NCBI RefSeq assembly: GCF_018143015.1
Contig: NC_054741.1
Coordinates: 72,164,687 to 72,228,686 of the forward strand
Length of the DNA: 64,000 bases
Direction: 5' to 3'
Origin: Lytechinus variegatus
Lineage: Eukaryota
Shown: positions 11,612-24,552 of the stretch, one piece after another
Layout: each line of letters starts with the position of its first letter
Numbering within the stretch: position 1 is the first letter of the stretch
Translations under genes and position numbers: made by a program
The notes under the pieces: model-generated
What the model saw: only the letters and a program-made list of their open reading frames with translations
What the model was told of the DNA's origin: nothing
The model's database searches: none

Positions 11612-11998
11612 GTGGAAAGCCCTTCCATACCCACAGCCAAGCTTCCAAGGAAGTCCGTCCACTTTGCATCAGAACTCACCAGCATCCGAGAGATCTGCTC
11701 CCCTAGTCCTCTCCCTACCCCAACCCTCACACCATCATCCCTGGGCTGCACTGCAAGGAAGATTGTCTTCACTGAGAACTCACCAGACTTCCAACGCCTC
11801 TCACCTGTCTCACGTCATCATGGCAATGAGGGAGTGGCCAAGACAGACAAGGAAGAAGAGGAGAGAGAGATGGATAAGAAAGAGGAGGAAGGAGTTGTTG
11901 CTACGATGACCAACATCTTAAAGAAACCTGCAGTTGATATTGCCTTGGTGGGACTTGTCACAACCCTGTTGATAACTGGGCCTCTTAGATGGACTTGA
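11612..11998 (+). CDS. Myosin terminal exon: Ser/Pro-rich and charged tail ending in a hydrophobic segment (..KKPAVDIALVGLVTTLLITGPLRWT*), stop TGA at 11996-11998
   Basis: Matches ORF 11600-11998 after acceptor ttccag| at 11609-11611, in frame with the previous exon. The C-terminal 18-residue hydrophobic stretch is flanked by Lys and Arg. Confidence 0.85.
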   Translation: MESPSIPTAKLPRKSVHFASELTSIREICSPSPLPTPTLTPSSLGCTARKIVFTENSPDFQRLSPVSRHHGNEGVAKTDKEEEEREMDKKEEEGVVATMTNILKKPAVDIALVGLVTTLLITGPLRWT

Positions 11999-12260
11999 TT
12001 CTCAAATATTTTGTTTCCCAAAGAAATACTCCTAAAAATTTTATTCTGTTGATCAACTTTGATACCTGAAAGAAAAGTTTATAATTTGTATGTTTTTAAT
12101 ATTGAGCTCAGAGTTACTAATTTTATTAAAAGATCAGTACTACATTTCCAGATAGAAGTGCCTTCACAAGTTCATGATGATATCCAATTTGGTTGATTTT
12201 CATAACTACTGTTTTCTGAGTTTAGGCCATAAGAAGCTATTCAAATTCTTAACCATATAC

Positions 12261-12266
12261 AATAAA
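12261..12266 (+). promoter_or_regulatory. Candidate polyadenylation signal AATAAA for the myosin gene
   Basis: AATAAA lies about 265 nt after the stop codon. A second AATAAA lies near 12371. Confidence 0.3.
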
Positions 12267-15200
12267 TGTCCATACCTGTTTGTATATTCAGATGATTTGG
12301 AAGTTGTTTTGGAATTCGTTAGTGATTTCTGTAAGAGAACAAATCCACCCAAACAGTAGATTTATATGAATAAATAGAGAAAAATGATATGGGCATATGA
12401 TGAATATGTCTTCAAAGTGTAGGTTGCCTTATTTATGGAATAAGTGAAATTTACAATTCAAACTGTCATTTAACATCTGATTTCATTGACTTAGCATTAT
12501 TGTTCTTTCTTTTTTTTCAAACCAACTTTTTCTTGTGGTTGGCCTTTACTCGAATCAGTTTGATGTTGGATGGCTTTACTGTTCTACAGGGGGTGGGGGT
12601 CAGGTGCCTTTTAAATAACTATGTTATTCTTTAATATTTATTATTGAAATGAACTAAATGTATTTTTCCAGTTGGTTGATTTTCATCACTACTGTTTTCT
12701 GACTTTAGGCCATTCATAGCTATTCAAATTCTTTGTTTGGACTAGCAGTGATTTCTAGGGGGAATGTGAGAAAGAAAAGATGCAATGTGCTTAGTGTCAA
12801 AGTGGCCATTCTTAATTAAATGACACCCTGATTTTCTTAATTTATTCAATGTTTGTGTACTGTTTTGATAAGGCAACTTAACAATAGTTTGTACAACGTC
12901 ATATAGCTTGAATCCTGGCCAGCGTCTAACACAATTGCTATCCCACATTGAGCTGATCCTGAATGAGGGTTAGCTAGCAATAGACAGCACGCGGCACAGA
13001 CTTTGTAAAGTATTTGCGTAAAAGGGCTACCGGGTAATTAAAATGATCAATTTACACCAAATAACAGCCAATTCCCCATTGACTTATGTACAAGTACAAC
13101 TTGCCATCGGATCTGTCGGAACCAAGGTCAGAACTATCTTGACAGATTGCATGGTCTAAAATATAGATCAGTAGATAATAATCATATTCATTTTATTTCA
13201 TTGTATTTTACCTTCTTGAATTTGAGGAAAGAAGATGATTCAAGATTATCAAATGATATTCCAAAGTCTTGCAATTTAAGAGAATAGAAATGGTGAATTT
13301 TATTCTTGGGGGAAAAAATGGAATTTCTTATATTTTTTATTAAGAATTTTAGATATAATTCAAGAAAAATTATGATACATAGTTTTCACTGGCATTAACC
13401 ATTGATATTTAATTACTTTTAAACTGTGTTTTTAACCTCAATGACTCAATGACAATATCCCCAGTTACAAGGAAAGATCATGCCTCTTAATTTTCCAAGA
13501 TTTTTAGCATCTTATAAATACATTGAAGTTTTTATGCGCCCTTTAGTTTTCAATCCTTAGTGGTGTTTGAACAAAAGCTTGTAATATATGCATAGCAGTG
13601 ATCATTTGCAATTGTGCAAAAGGCATAAGTAATGGTGCTTTAAAAATTCAATGTATGAAATGTAAATACAATTGAAATATATATTAAAAAATGTCTTTAA
13701 AACTAATTCAGATTATATATTGTAGTCAGAATATTTCTGATTTCCACCAGCATGCTGGAATGAACTGAATTATGTGAATAAAGTAAATTGTTTGAACAAA
13801 TTTCTTTTGTTGTGCTATGTGGGTATTTTTTGCACCAGTTATGTTGTTCCATTTTAAAGAATTAAAGCATTCAAGCATCAAGATTTTACAGGTATATTAC
13901 ATGAACTTTTAATTCATTTTTTCATTTCCAAACAACACGACATATACAGACAACACATAACATTTTCTTAAAATCACAATTATTGCATATATCAGTGTCA
14001 TATTGAGTAACTCTTCTGTTCTAATGAAAATTCCTACAGTTGTACATAAAATATAATGATTATTATGAATCAAATCTATAAATATACGATCTAATAATTT
14101 CAATCAATATCAGATTTTACTATTTGAGGACAAACTACAAAATAAAAATGGGGACCATGAGTTCATGCCAGAAAATAAACTTGATACAACATCTATCTAA
14201 ATGAATACTACTGTTTTCATGTTAAACATGATGTCTTTTTCTTCTTTAAGATTACACACTTAAAAATGGAACAACATTCATATATATTAAGAATTCCTTT
14301 TTTTCATTATTAGTGAGGTTGGTGGAAAAACAGTGATCATATGTTTCTTTAGCCATTAAAGTGGATGTCTTAATAGTCAGCGAATGGGGAATGCGATTTA
14401 TCTTAAATGAAAAACGGTACAGATGAAAAGCAGAATTATCCGGAAATGCAACTTTTAACAAGTACATGGATATATATTGAAAATGCTTCCAAGAGAATTG
14501 ATTTTGACTAAAGCCTGGCCCAAATCCATTATATTAAAAAGAGTCAAAACACCCCAACTCATTCATACAATATCTCATGTTCTACAATGTACCCATATGT
14601 TTACAATACATCCAGTTTAACTTCTTTAATAATAGTTTCGCTTTGCCTATAGTATCATCCTGGCCATAGTGTACAGTCCTGAAATGCATCATGAATTAGT
14701 CCTACCGAAGGCACAGACTATGGTACTTGAATACTGATCATAAAGTGTTATAGTCTTGTATTTTCTTGGAATTCTCGTCTAATACCACATATTTAAGTAA
14801 TGAAAGAAAGGCGAGTAAACCCCACATAAATGTATTTTGCTACACAATATAGGACAACATGAACATAATTTTTTAACCCGTTTCCTTACATCAACCTTAC
14901 ATGAGGCAAATAATCATACATTTAAAAAAATAGTTTACCCTTGTAGATGAATGCAATAGAATGTTTATATTCTTTGTTTTAATAGGTAAATTTGATTGTA
15001 TTTCAGAATGTCTTCTTTTAGAAGAGCAATTCAATGCAAACATCATTCACCCACCTATTCATATAGGTGGCACTGTTCTGAATATTAAAAAAATGAAATG
15101 AACACAAATATAACAATCATTTTAAGCTTTATTTTTCTTTAGAACAAATAAACATAAAATTAACCATAAAAAAAGATGAAATGAGGTAACAAAATGTACA

Positions 15201-15723
15201 CAACACAGAAGACATCTTTCAAACAAAGAGACTTACAAAACACTGAAACTCTTAGATAAAGTACCCTAAGATAAGTATCAAGCATTCTTTTAAATCAAGC
15301 CAATTTTTTTGTCTTTGTTGAAATCCTTGATTAAGCCCTCCCAATATATCAGCAAATAATTTTATGATAAAGACTCATACAAAACACACACGCATCCCCT
15401 GTCTTTTTTCAAATTACAATCCCAACTGCCAAACCTGTAAAACTTTCATTTCAAACTGTATTGTAATAGTGAGAAAAAAAAAACATAACAGATCAATGAT
15501 TTACTTTCAGTAAATTTTGTTGATTGTAATCAGCCTTTATAACACTTCGAAGAAGAAAACGTGATTGCATGATCACAAATGCATGTACTGTCCTTTGACA
15601 CTTGCTAAAGCTAAATGTATGGTTTTTTTCATGCAAATATTTGAAGGGGGGTGGTGGTTGTGTTTAAAATACTAAATATTGAAATAGTGCATCACAGCCT
15701 GATGCAAAGAGAGATGGGAATAT

Positions 15724-15729
15724 TTTATT
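15724..15729 (-). promoter_or_regulatory. Candidate polyadenylation signal AATAAA for the cathepsin D-like gene
   Basis: tttatt on the plus strand, about 197 nt downstream of the stop codon. Confidence 0.3.
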
Positions 15730-15925
15730 TGTGAGGATGTCTTAGATTGAAATAACATTGTATGACCTGCAACATGAAAGATGATTGATCTTAGAATTGA
15801 TTATCAACCACTGGTCTATAGAAAACCAAATATGAAAGATTTATGAATGAGGAGATCCATCTCTACACGTCACATGGTACTGTTCTAACTGTATCAAATG
15901 CACAGTCAGGTTTAGATTGACAGAC

Positions 15926-16087
15926 TTAGACAGCTACAGCAAATCCCAGACGGTCGTTTGCACGGTCAAACTTGGTGTAGTATTTGCGAAGGAAGGGATC
16001 ACCCAGGATCCAGAGGGGTCCAGCTGGGGGAGGAACATCCAGGCCGATGAACCCAGATACACACAGCTCAACAGTGCCTTGATTCAC
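15926..16087 (-). CDS. ctsd: Cathepsin D-like aspartic protease, exon 9 (last): [53 protein letters not shown]
   Basis: Matches ORF 15926-16165 (-). Acceptor ccccag| is at 16088-16090 and stop TAA at 15926-15928. The peptide matches the conserved C-terminus of cathepsin D ([31 protein letters not shown]). Confidence 0.9.
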   Translation of the reverse strand: MNQGTVELCVSGFIGLDVPPPAGPLWILGDPFLRKYYTKFDRANDRLGFAVAV

Positions 16088-16841
16088 CTGGGGTAGAATA
16101 GAAAAGGTGATTGATTCATCAACTTTAGGGGTCTTGTCACACAGATCCAGGGTCCCGTACCACAAAGGTTAGCAATTAATCGTACACTTGATTTTCATAT
16201 ATTAATTGTACAGTATAGTCAATGCAATCGATCATAAAAAAATGTTCCACAATGACTGCTAAGCTTTGTGATATAAGCCCTAGGTCACTGTCTGAAACCG
16301 TTTCAAATAACTTACTAGTACATGGCAATTGCATTGGAACTGTTTTTGGTTGCCATTTTGATTACCAAGACAGTGCAATGTTGGTGTGGACATTCCATTT
16401 GGAACGGTAAACACGGCAATCAATTTCAATTTCAGAGATCAATTTCAACAGTTTTTAGTGCAGTGCTGTACCAAAATGGATCCTGATTTGTGCTTGGTGT
16501 GCAAGAGTCTTAAAACTTAAAGGCCCAAATTCACAAAATAACTTTAATGCCAAGGGGGGAAAAAGAAGAACATAGAAAACACAATTTTCATACCAAATAA
16601 TTTGAATGAAGAAAAATGCAGGGAATTTCATGTTAGCACAATATCAAAGCTAATTCCTATGAACAAAACCAAGCATCAGAAATAAATCTTCTGAAAATCT
16701 GCTTATCTACATTCTGCAGTACAGAGTTTACATTTTCAAAGATTTCAACTATTATATGTGGTTTATCATATATTTTATACAAGCCAACAATGAAGAATAT
16801 TAAAGTGAGGGCTGAGGACGTTAGAATCTATAGACACATAC

Positions 16842-16940
16842 CTTGAGGACATAGTCTTCTCCGTTCAGAGTGTATGTCTTGCCAGCAAGGACAATATTCA
16901 CAACAGGAAGAGTAGGTATCAAGTTACAGTTTATCATATA
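16842..16940 (-). CDS. ctsd: Cathepsin D-like exon 8 (YMINCNLIPTLPVVNIVLAGKTYTLNGEDYVLK)
   Basis: 99 nt at phase 0, between acceptor ttttcacag| and donor |gtatgt. Homologous to human CTSD [33 protein letters not shown]. Confidence 0.85.
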
Positions 16941-17709
16941 CTGTGAAAAATACAAAACAAATATACAAAACAATTATTAATGCTTAATGTTCTTCAACCA
17001 CACTTCACTTTTTTCAAACCACTTTTACGCTAATCATAGTTTCGGTCAGACCTGATAATTAGCTAGTCTCAGTTTCAAGCTCATAGCCGGTGACTAGGAT
17101 ACAATGATTTTTTTTCTAAATCCAGTTGAATACCAAAGCAATCGAGACCTATGCTATTGAAAGTGATCATGCAAATATGACTCAGCATGGATAGGATAAT
17201 GTATCAAGTACAAAATAAATGAGGTATTGTTGATCACGAGTACTGACTGAATATTCATGGGCGAACCACATAGTTGGCAAACATCACTTTCAACTAATGT
17301 AGGGTATACTTGTGGAGTTTACAGCACAGACCTTATGGTTAAAAATTCTGGACAGTTTGATACATACATGTAAGGCACATCCACATTATAAATGGGTATA
17401 ATGTAAGAGGAAATATGAGAGAATAAACATTAAAACTCGAAAGTTTAGCTGGAATTCTTTTCTTTAAAGAAACAATGAGTCACAGGGAGCTACTGTGAAT
17501 CAGTGTAACTCTCTAGAATTTTAATCAGGATGTCAGGGATCAGAACCCAGATATCCTTAGGCAAGACATTAATCTAACATTTGCCACTATCAATCCAGAA
17601 GAAGTAAATCAGTTCTTGGTGGGAGGCAAGCCTCGGAAACTTGTGCACCTAATCAGAGTAGCCGTGCTAGAGCTTGGGTAATAACATGCAGCGCTTGCAA
17701 ACATTGTAT

Positions 17710-18300
17710 TAGAGGGATGGTCCGGGCTGAAAGTATGTATAGCTTAATAAATAGAGTAGAATTCACTGAGCAAAATGCCGAAAATTTCATTAAAATTGGA
17801 TAACAAATAACAAAGTTATTGAATTTTACAGTTTAGCAATATTTTGTGAAAACAGTCGTCATGAATATTTATTAGGTGGGCTGATGATATCACATCTCCA
17901 CTTGTTCTTTTGTATTTTATTCTATGAAATTAGGTTTATTCAAATTTTGTCCCCAAAGAATGACAAAAATTGGATTGACAACTGACTTAGTGCATTAGAT
18001 ATTTATTGCTGCAACTTATTTCATTATAAGGGAGACATACTATTCACACAAGTATGAAATAATGACAAAAAGTACGATTTTATGTAATAACATAAGAAAA
18101 TGGAAAGTGGAGTTGTGACATCATCAGCCCACCTAATGAATATTAATGACAACTGTTTTCACAAAATATTGCTAAACTTTAAACTTCAATACCTTTATTA
18201 TTTGTTATCTGATTTTGATGAAATTTTCAGAATTTTGCTCAGTGAATTCTACTCTATGTATTAAGATATAAATATTTTCAGCCCGGACCATCCCTTTAAA
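17710..18300. mobile_element. Palindromic MITE in a cathepsin D intron (arms of about 225 bp)
   Basis: 17710-17935 (..gggatggtccgggctgaaagtatgtatagcttaataaatagagtagaattcactgagcaaaatg..) is the reverse complement of 18070-18300 (..cattttgctcagtgaattctactctat..gcccggaccatccc..). Confidence 0.8.
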
Positions 18301-18435
18301 TGCTTGATTGATGTTACATAGTATCATCATCATCATCGTTATAATCTTAGGTGTTACTGTGCATGAAAACCCTTCTCCAATTACATGCAACCTATCCATT
18401 TTTCTATTATTGGATTCATGTCAGGGATACCTCAC

Positions 18436-18577
18436 CTCGCCAGATGTAAATGGGGCAGCACCAATCTGTTCCTGAAGTTTGGCAATCTCTGCAGAGGGAC
18501 CAGCAATGAGGGACGTACCAGTGTCAGCAATGGCTGCGCAATTGGTGCAATAGGTTCCATTTCCGCCAACATTAAGA
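18436..18577 (-). CDS. ctsd: Cathepsin D-like exon 7 (SLNVGGNGTYCTNCAAIADTGTSLIAGPSAEIAKLQEQIGAAPFTSGE), second catalytic DTG
   Basis: Carries the DTGTS active-site motif, between acceptor ttaaacag| and donor |gtgagg. Confidence 0.9.
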
Positions 18578-19411
18578 CTGTTTAATAAACAAAGATCAGA
18601 TAGGTTGCAAAATATTTTAAAGACCTTTTTTATGAAAAAATGCTCTTAATAAATATATTCTATTGTCTATATATAAAAAATACATGAGACTCAATTCAAA
18701 TTAATTTCAATTCAATCGAATTCATATTATCAAACCATTGTAAAATCAATAGTATGTACACACATGTATAACAATCATTGCAAATATAGTTTAAATGATT
18801 AGGGTGCCCCTAAAAGCAGAAGCTTGACCACAAACAGATCTCTTAGTACATCAAATAACAATTTGTTGATTGGGTGCTTTCTAAAGTTATCACCACTAGA
18901 GATGAAGAGCATTGTAAGTAATATCAGTCACCAGCAGAGACATAAAATACTCACATTATCATCACACACATGTTATCATCATACACATGTTTATCAGACA
19001 TATATTATATTGTGTGACGAATTAAACAAGGCAATCAATAACATGCCACGGTATTAACATTGCATGAATTTCCTGTAAACCCAATAAACATTCAATAAAT
19101 CATACATTTTGCAATAAGATGCTTGTTGACAGGAAAAGAAATCTACACAGAGGATCTGATTTTGCAAGGGAAAGTTGTCCCAAAATTTGTGATAATTTGA
19201 TTACCAAATTGCCAATCAGAAATTTACATATATCATGTCGTCTTAGTGATCACTTTTCAAACAGCCATAACTCTCTCATTGCTTGCCACATTTATTTCAA
19301 ACCTTTACCATTCTGGGTTTTTTATGGTAAACATTTTTCTCCTCTAATGCCATTTAGTGACCAAGGTTCGATTTCCCTTGAAGAGTGAATATTATTTTTT
19401 GATCATCGTAC

Positions 19412-19534
19412 CTGTCCATCTTGATCTGCCAGTAACCTTTGCGTGTGACATTTACATAACTGAAGTCTCCAGTATAGTGATCAGGATCTGCTCCTCCAAA
19501 GACTATCTCACCGCCAACCTTAGCTGACGCATCT
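19412..19534 (-). CDS. ctsd: Cathepsin D-like exon 6 ([40 protein letters not shown])
   Basis: Matches the ORF 19354-19731 (-) frame. The NVTRK.YWQ motif, carrying the conserved N-glycosylation site of cathepsin D, is present. It lies between acceptor gtcgtcag| and donor |gtacga. Confidence 0.9.
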
Positions 19535-19851
19535 CTGACGACAGAGGAATAGAAGAGAGTTAGAGAGAGAAAGACACAAACAGGGGAGACGAAGACAATC
19601 CTTTGTTTTGAGCTGACTTTCGATAACCACACATGCTTGAAAGTTGATGAATCAGTCCTTGCTATCATTCTTATGATGCGATCAGAACCAGATTTCAACT
19701 GAACATTAATCTTATACAGGATGCAAATCACAACCCAAATGATTGGATCGCAAATTAATGGTCAAGCAAGATCATTATTCCGATGAAAAGCAGCAATATC
19801 TTCGCTTTGGTTTGTAAAATAAAATGCAATTTCAAATTAAGCTTATACATA

Positions 19852-20052
19852 CTTTGCAAGATAGACTGCAAATACAGCATCCTGAACCAGGCCCTGCTTT
19901 ACAATGTTGTCAAACACAGGAAGTTTACTGATCCTGGTAATGGTTGGGTAACCCAGTCCTAGAATTCCATCAAACTTGGCCGCTATAAAGGTTAAACCTG
20001 GTTCAGCAGTTGCCTCTCCAAAACTCTGGCTCTTTGCCTTCAGACCACCCAG
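19852..20052 (-). CDS. ctsd: Cathepsin D-like exon 5 ([66 protein letters not shown])
   Basis: Matches ORF 19843-20085 (-). Homologous to human CTSD [50 protein letters not shown]. Coordinates are good to within 1 bp. Confidence 0.9.
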
Positions 20053-21334
20053 CTGTAAGATGTAACACAAAGCATCAACATACATGATGCAGTTGTAAGT
20101 ATATTATAAACATTAGGTACAGTTTTGCTCAATGTTGGTAAACCCTACCTCAAAATACACTATAGACAACAACACTACAATGTTCTGTGAGCCCAGAGAA
20201 ACAAACTGTGTTGAATGTAATATTTTATCACCCGACTTCACAATGGAATATCTAAAACACAGCAGAATGTGAACATTTTAAATAAATTTTCTGGTGGAAT
20301 TCACTGACTTTTGAGCAACACTGCATATCGTATTTTTTGGAAAAGTCATCTCCATTCATTTTAATGCTAAATACATTAAAGTTTGGATGATTAGAAAAAA
20401 AAGAAGCATAAGTTCAATATATAAGCATTCTAAAGTTACCCTGGCCAGGTTTTACAAGTAGGATCATGCAGAGACCATTGTTCTTAAAGAAAAACAAAAC
20501 CAAATACCACATTATATCATTTATAACATGATACAGGATAATTAAAGTAAATCCATCCACTTATACCCCAATGCAATTTCCTGATATAGAGAACCACCTC
20601 TTCAAATTGGGTTTCTTCAGGTTCAAAGTCTTAGGATGGAGGTCACCATGTTCGCGGGGTTAATTCAAAATTGTGACATCAGCGACAAACTAAATCTCTA
20701 AGCAGATATATAAATGTTTGCCTATTATAGATACTAATTTACAAATAATAAATCAAATACACACATAAAGCTCATAAATATATTATTCAGAATTCGTTTG
20801 ATGAAAAAATATTTTTAAAATTCAATTTTACACCCATACCTACAATTTCCAAATTGGCAAGTTATAGCTAATTAGCAAGTTTGAAAAAAGTAGACAATGG
20901 TGAAAAATTACTGATCATATCGTGTTTTGAAACTATAGTACAAAAAATATTTGGAACAATATTTTTATGTGTTTTATTTGTATATATGATTAATTATTGG
21001 TAAATAGAATCAATAACAGTAAATGTATAAGGGATGTAGCTCGTTGCTGACATCATAATTCCTGGAAATAAACTTGGTCTGTAGTTTTCTGATACTCAAT
21101 TATGCTCAAAGACCCTATCAAAGAAAAATTCAAACATTGCATGTCCTTTTTCAATTTCCTCAACTGTCATCCTCCCCTTTAACTTGTCCGCCTTCATTTC
21201 GCAATCTAGGCCTACTCATCTTCTTCTTCCTTTGTTAGCTCCACTTTCTTTTCCTCCCCTTCTTTTGCTTGACATCCTCTTCCACCCCCTTCTATCCCTC
21301 ATCATCAAGTTCATTACCATCAAATATAACTCAC

Positions 21335-21453
21335 CTGTATTGTATCCTCACTGACAAATCCAGAGCAAGCACCCGATCCATACTGTAGAGACCATTTTGT
21401 TCCATTAGCAACATAAGTTGATGATTTGGAGCTGTCATACTTGTGATGAAAGC
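21335..21453 (-). CDS. ctsd: Cathepsin D-like exon 4 ([40 protein letters not shown])
   Basis: Between acceptor acttacag| and donor |gtgagt. It carries the conserved NGT glycosylation site and the YGSGS-like flap motif. Homologous to human [37 protein letters not shown]. Confidence 0.88.
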
Positions 21454-21529
21454 CTGTAAGTTAGGAAAGAGTAAATCATATTGTTTTTTCTTTTAAAACC
21501 TGTATGTGTGCATGAATGCGCACATCAGT

Positions 21530-21720
21530 GGCAATACGCAAGGGGGGGGGGTTACAGGTGTTCACCCCCCTTGTTATTTTTTTTACTACCCAACCCTCCC
21601 CCTAAAATAATATTGATATATTTTTCTGCTTGCTTGTCAATTTTTTTGGGGTACAAAATGACTTGAAAATATGGGTGAGGACCCTTTTTTTTTTTTTGGG
21701 GGGGGGGGGGTGTCAACATT
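21530..21720. repeat. Poly-G/poly-C-containing short element in a cathepsin D intron
   Basis: The sequence ggggggggg..cacccccc...ccctccccc...ttttttttttttggggggggggggg resembles other G-run blocks at 45725-46030, 47555, 48505-49210 and 33290-33350. Confidence 0.5.
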
Positions 21721-21991
21721 TCATTCAGTTTAAAAAATCCTGTGTATGCACATATCTATACAACATGTGTGTATACAGTACAAGTCATAGAACTACGTGT
21801 CTAAGTACTGGATAATTGAGTGCTAAATGACTGCATACCAGTACTGATTTTTTTTAAAGAAACTTTTCATCTTAAAAACTCAGAAAAAAAAATGAATGAG
21901 AAAAATCTGACATCTTGCTAGAAAAAAAATTATTAATCAGAATCTGGATTGAAATTGAAGGAATATCATCACTGACAATGCTTCAACCCTA

Positions 21992-22180
<189 letters not shown>

Positions 22181-23110
22181 CTACAAAATGAAAAAATAAA
22201 ATCAAAATAAATAGAAGATAGTTAGCCATCGCACCATCTCATGCAGATTGGTGGAAAGAAAAGTTAAAAAACATCTATAAACAGACAGAATGCAGATGTG
22301 CCTAAACATCCATACAATGTCACCACTCCTTGGGGGACAAGAGCCCTCCTAATCTCTACGTCAGAGATGCTGGAACAGACAGGTTTTGAGAACTATTACC
22401 AAAAACTTATGAAATCGAACACAAAAATATGTTAAAGCTAAATTACAGTAGATGCAGTAAAACATTGATTTTGTGAGAAAGTCTGTAAAACCAAGGTTAA
22501 GTATTACTATATCATCGTCGATCTAGATCTGGTACAGTTACATAAACTGCACTTTGTGAAATCATAAAATCTAAGCTGAAAAACAATCACACTGAAGATC
22601 GCCAACACAGATAGGCACACGTGGGACAGTGTATATTATATTGCTGGAATAAAGACCTGACGGAAGTGCCCGAATCCGCGCTTATTTTGCTAATTTATCA
22701 GCAATTCCACCATTTCTTCCAGAATCCTTCAGCACATATTTTTTTATTCATATAAACAGACACTTGGGTGGTCATTAGTTGGATTCTGTAAAAAGTCATT
22801 TTGAGATCGTTACCACAACTGGAAGTTATCTTTAAATGCAAGTTGACATTTACACATGTATATACTTACAAAATAAGACAAGACCATACTCATCAGGAGC
22901 ATAGTAAAAATCTGAATCTTCCATCAAATTTCAATGCACAAAACTGTCATACAGTATTATTGGAATGTACATGTGACAAGTAATTTTACTGTTTTGATAG
23001 AAAATAAAAAGTTTGCTGTTTCTTGCCTCTTCTTTAGTAAAAAAAATATAAAAGAAAAAACTTTGAATGTCTCTTTCTAGAAAAATATGAGGTATTGTTC
23101 CTGCGCTTAC

Positions 23111-23264
23111 ATCAAGATAGTCACTCATGTTTACTGGCCATGGTGTGCCAAGTTTGTTGGTGTTCATCATGTCGTACTTGTTGGAAAGTTGAGCCAAATC
23201 TTTAAAGGGTAGTCCTGTGTTGGCCATTTGATGACGTACAGTTTCCATCTTCTTCAGTGGAACC
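23111..23264 (-). CDS. ctsd: Cathepsin D-like exon 2, propeptide (VPLKKMETVRHQMANTGLPFKDLAQLSNKYDMMNTNKLGTPWPVNMSDYLD)
   Basis: Matches ORF 22931-23248 (-). It lies between acceptor tttctcag| and donor |gtaagc, and joins exon 1 in frame (AG+G). Confidence 0.85.
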
Positions 23265-23589
23265 CTGAGAAATAAATAAAGATTACAATTTGTATTGATG
23301 TTTACCAGTCATAAAAATCATGATAAATATAGGCCAATGCAAACATTAAAACAAACATTACGCAACGCACGTGTCTGTAACGTTGGCGAAGAACAATAGG
23401 AAACAAGATGGCAGCGTAAACATCGGGCAAGTCTCTTCAGTCTTTTCATAATATTTTTCTAATTTTTTGATGAAGTCTTGTTTAAAAATAAAATTGATGG
23501 AGCAGAAATGTCGGAAATGAAGTTGTATCCCATGTACATGATTTAGGGCTAGATCTTTTAGAAGGAAAGTAGAAATCTTGTGTGGTATT

Positions 23590-24350
23590 CTGAGATCCAT
23601 TTTATCTCAGATAAAACAAAATATTTTATCTCTGTTAAAATCAGTGAGATAAAATACGCTTAAATTCTCTCCGAATTGGTATTCGGAGAACAATTTTATC
23701 TTCATTTTATCTCTGTAAGACACCTATTTTTAAATCAATATCCAATTAGAAACGCGCTTTTATAGCTCTCTCATATCACTCAACCAATTGAAATCCATTC
23801 CGCTAGGAGTGTGGCAAAGAAGTGAGATTGCATCAATTTATTGACTCCAAATATGCTTGCGCGTCTTTTAGAGATAGGATTTTAACAAAATTGACAATAC
23901 TCTTTTTTTTCCGAAGTCTATTTCGCATCTTTTCAAGCATCATTTCACAGACAATATTAGTCAAGAAAAGTCTTATGAAATATTTCCTGATTGTACAGGA
24001 ATAACTTTAAGGTGTTGTTCTCAGTGGATATATAATTTTTCTTCATTTTCATGTCAACATTTGGAGTTCATTCACCTAGAAATATTGACGAAATCAACGC
24101 CGCGGAGATAAAATAGCCCCAACCCTCTTTTACGTTTATTATTTCTTCAAAGTAACTTAGGCGCAAGCACATTATCTGCATAGCAATGTCCAGATACGAG
24201 TTGGGTATGTCTAAGCAGCCACTGCTCTGTTGCGTATCATCATAGATACGCAAGATAAAATTTTGATTTTATCTGAGAGATAAAATGTCATCTCAGAATA
24301 CCAATTTCATTTTAAGAGATAAAATAAAATATTTTAAAGATAAAATGACC
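23590..24350. mobile_element. Inverted-repeat-bounded insertion (gagataaaat motifs) in cathepsin D intron 1
   Basis: 23590-23720 (tttatctcagataaaac...tgagataaaatacgc...ttttatcttcattttatctctg) and 24250-24350 (gattttatctgagagataaaatgtcatctcagaatacc...gagataaaataaaat...gataaaatgacc) carry the same motif in opposite orientations. Confidence 0.5.
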
Positions 24351-24552
24351 TGTCCTAAGAATACTGCCCCTGCTTTTTTGGCAGTACACGCACATAAATA
24401 GGAAGGTACACCTGGCTTCATTGAAATTAAGCCTACGTCAGTAAATGATTTTTACTCTCAAGAAGCCGCCTGGCTAGTCTGGCTTCTTAATTTAGTTACT
24501 TCCATCTAATGTTAAAAGTTTAAGGATGAGACTTAAGTAGCTTGTTAGGGTT

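Noticed and set aside
11505-11909. Alternative-frame ORF (134 aa, Ser/Pro/Arg-rich) overlapping the myosin terminal exon
   Set aside because: This is an out-of-frame overlap with the well-supported myosin last exon. It has no splice-phase compatibility with upstream exons, and its compositional bias comes from the real frame.
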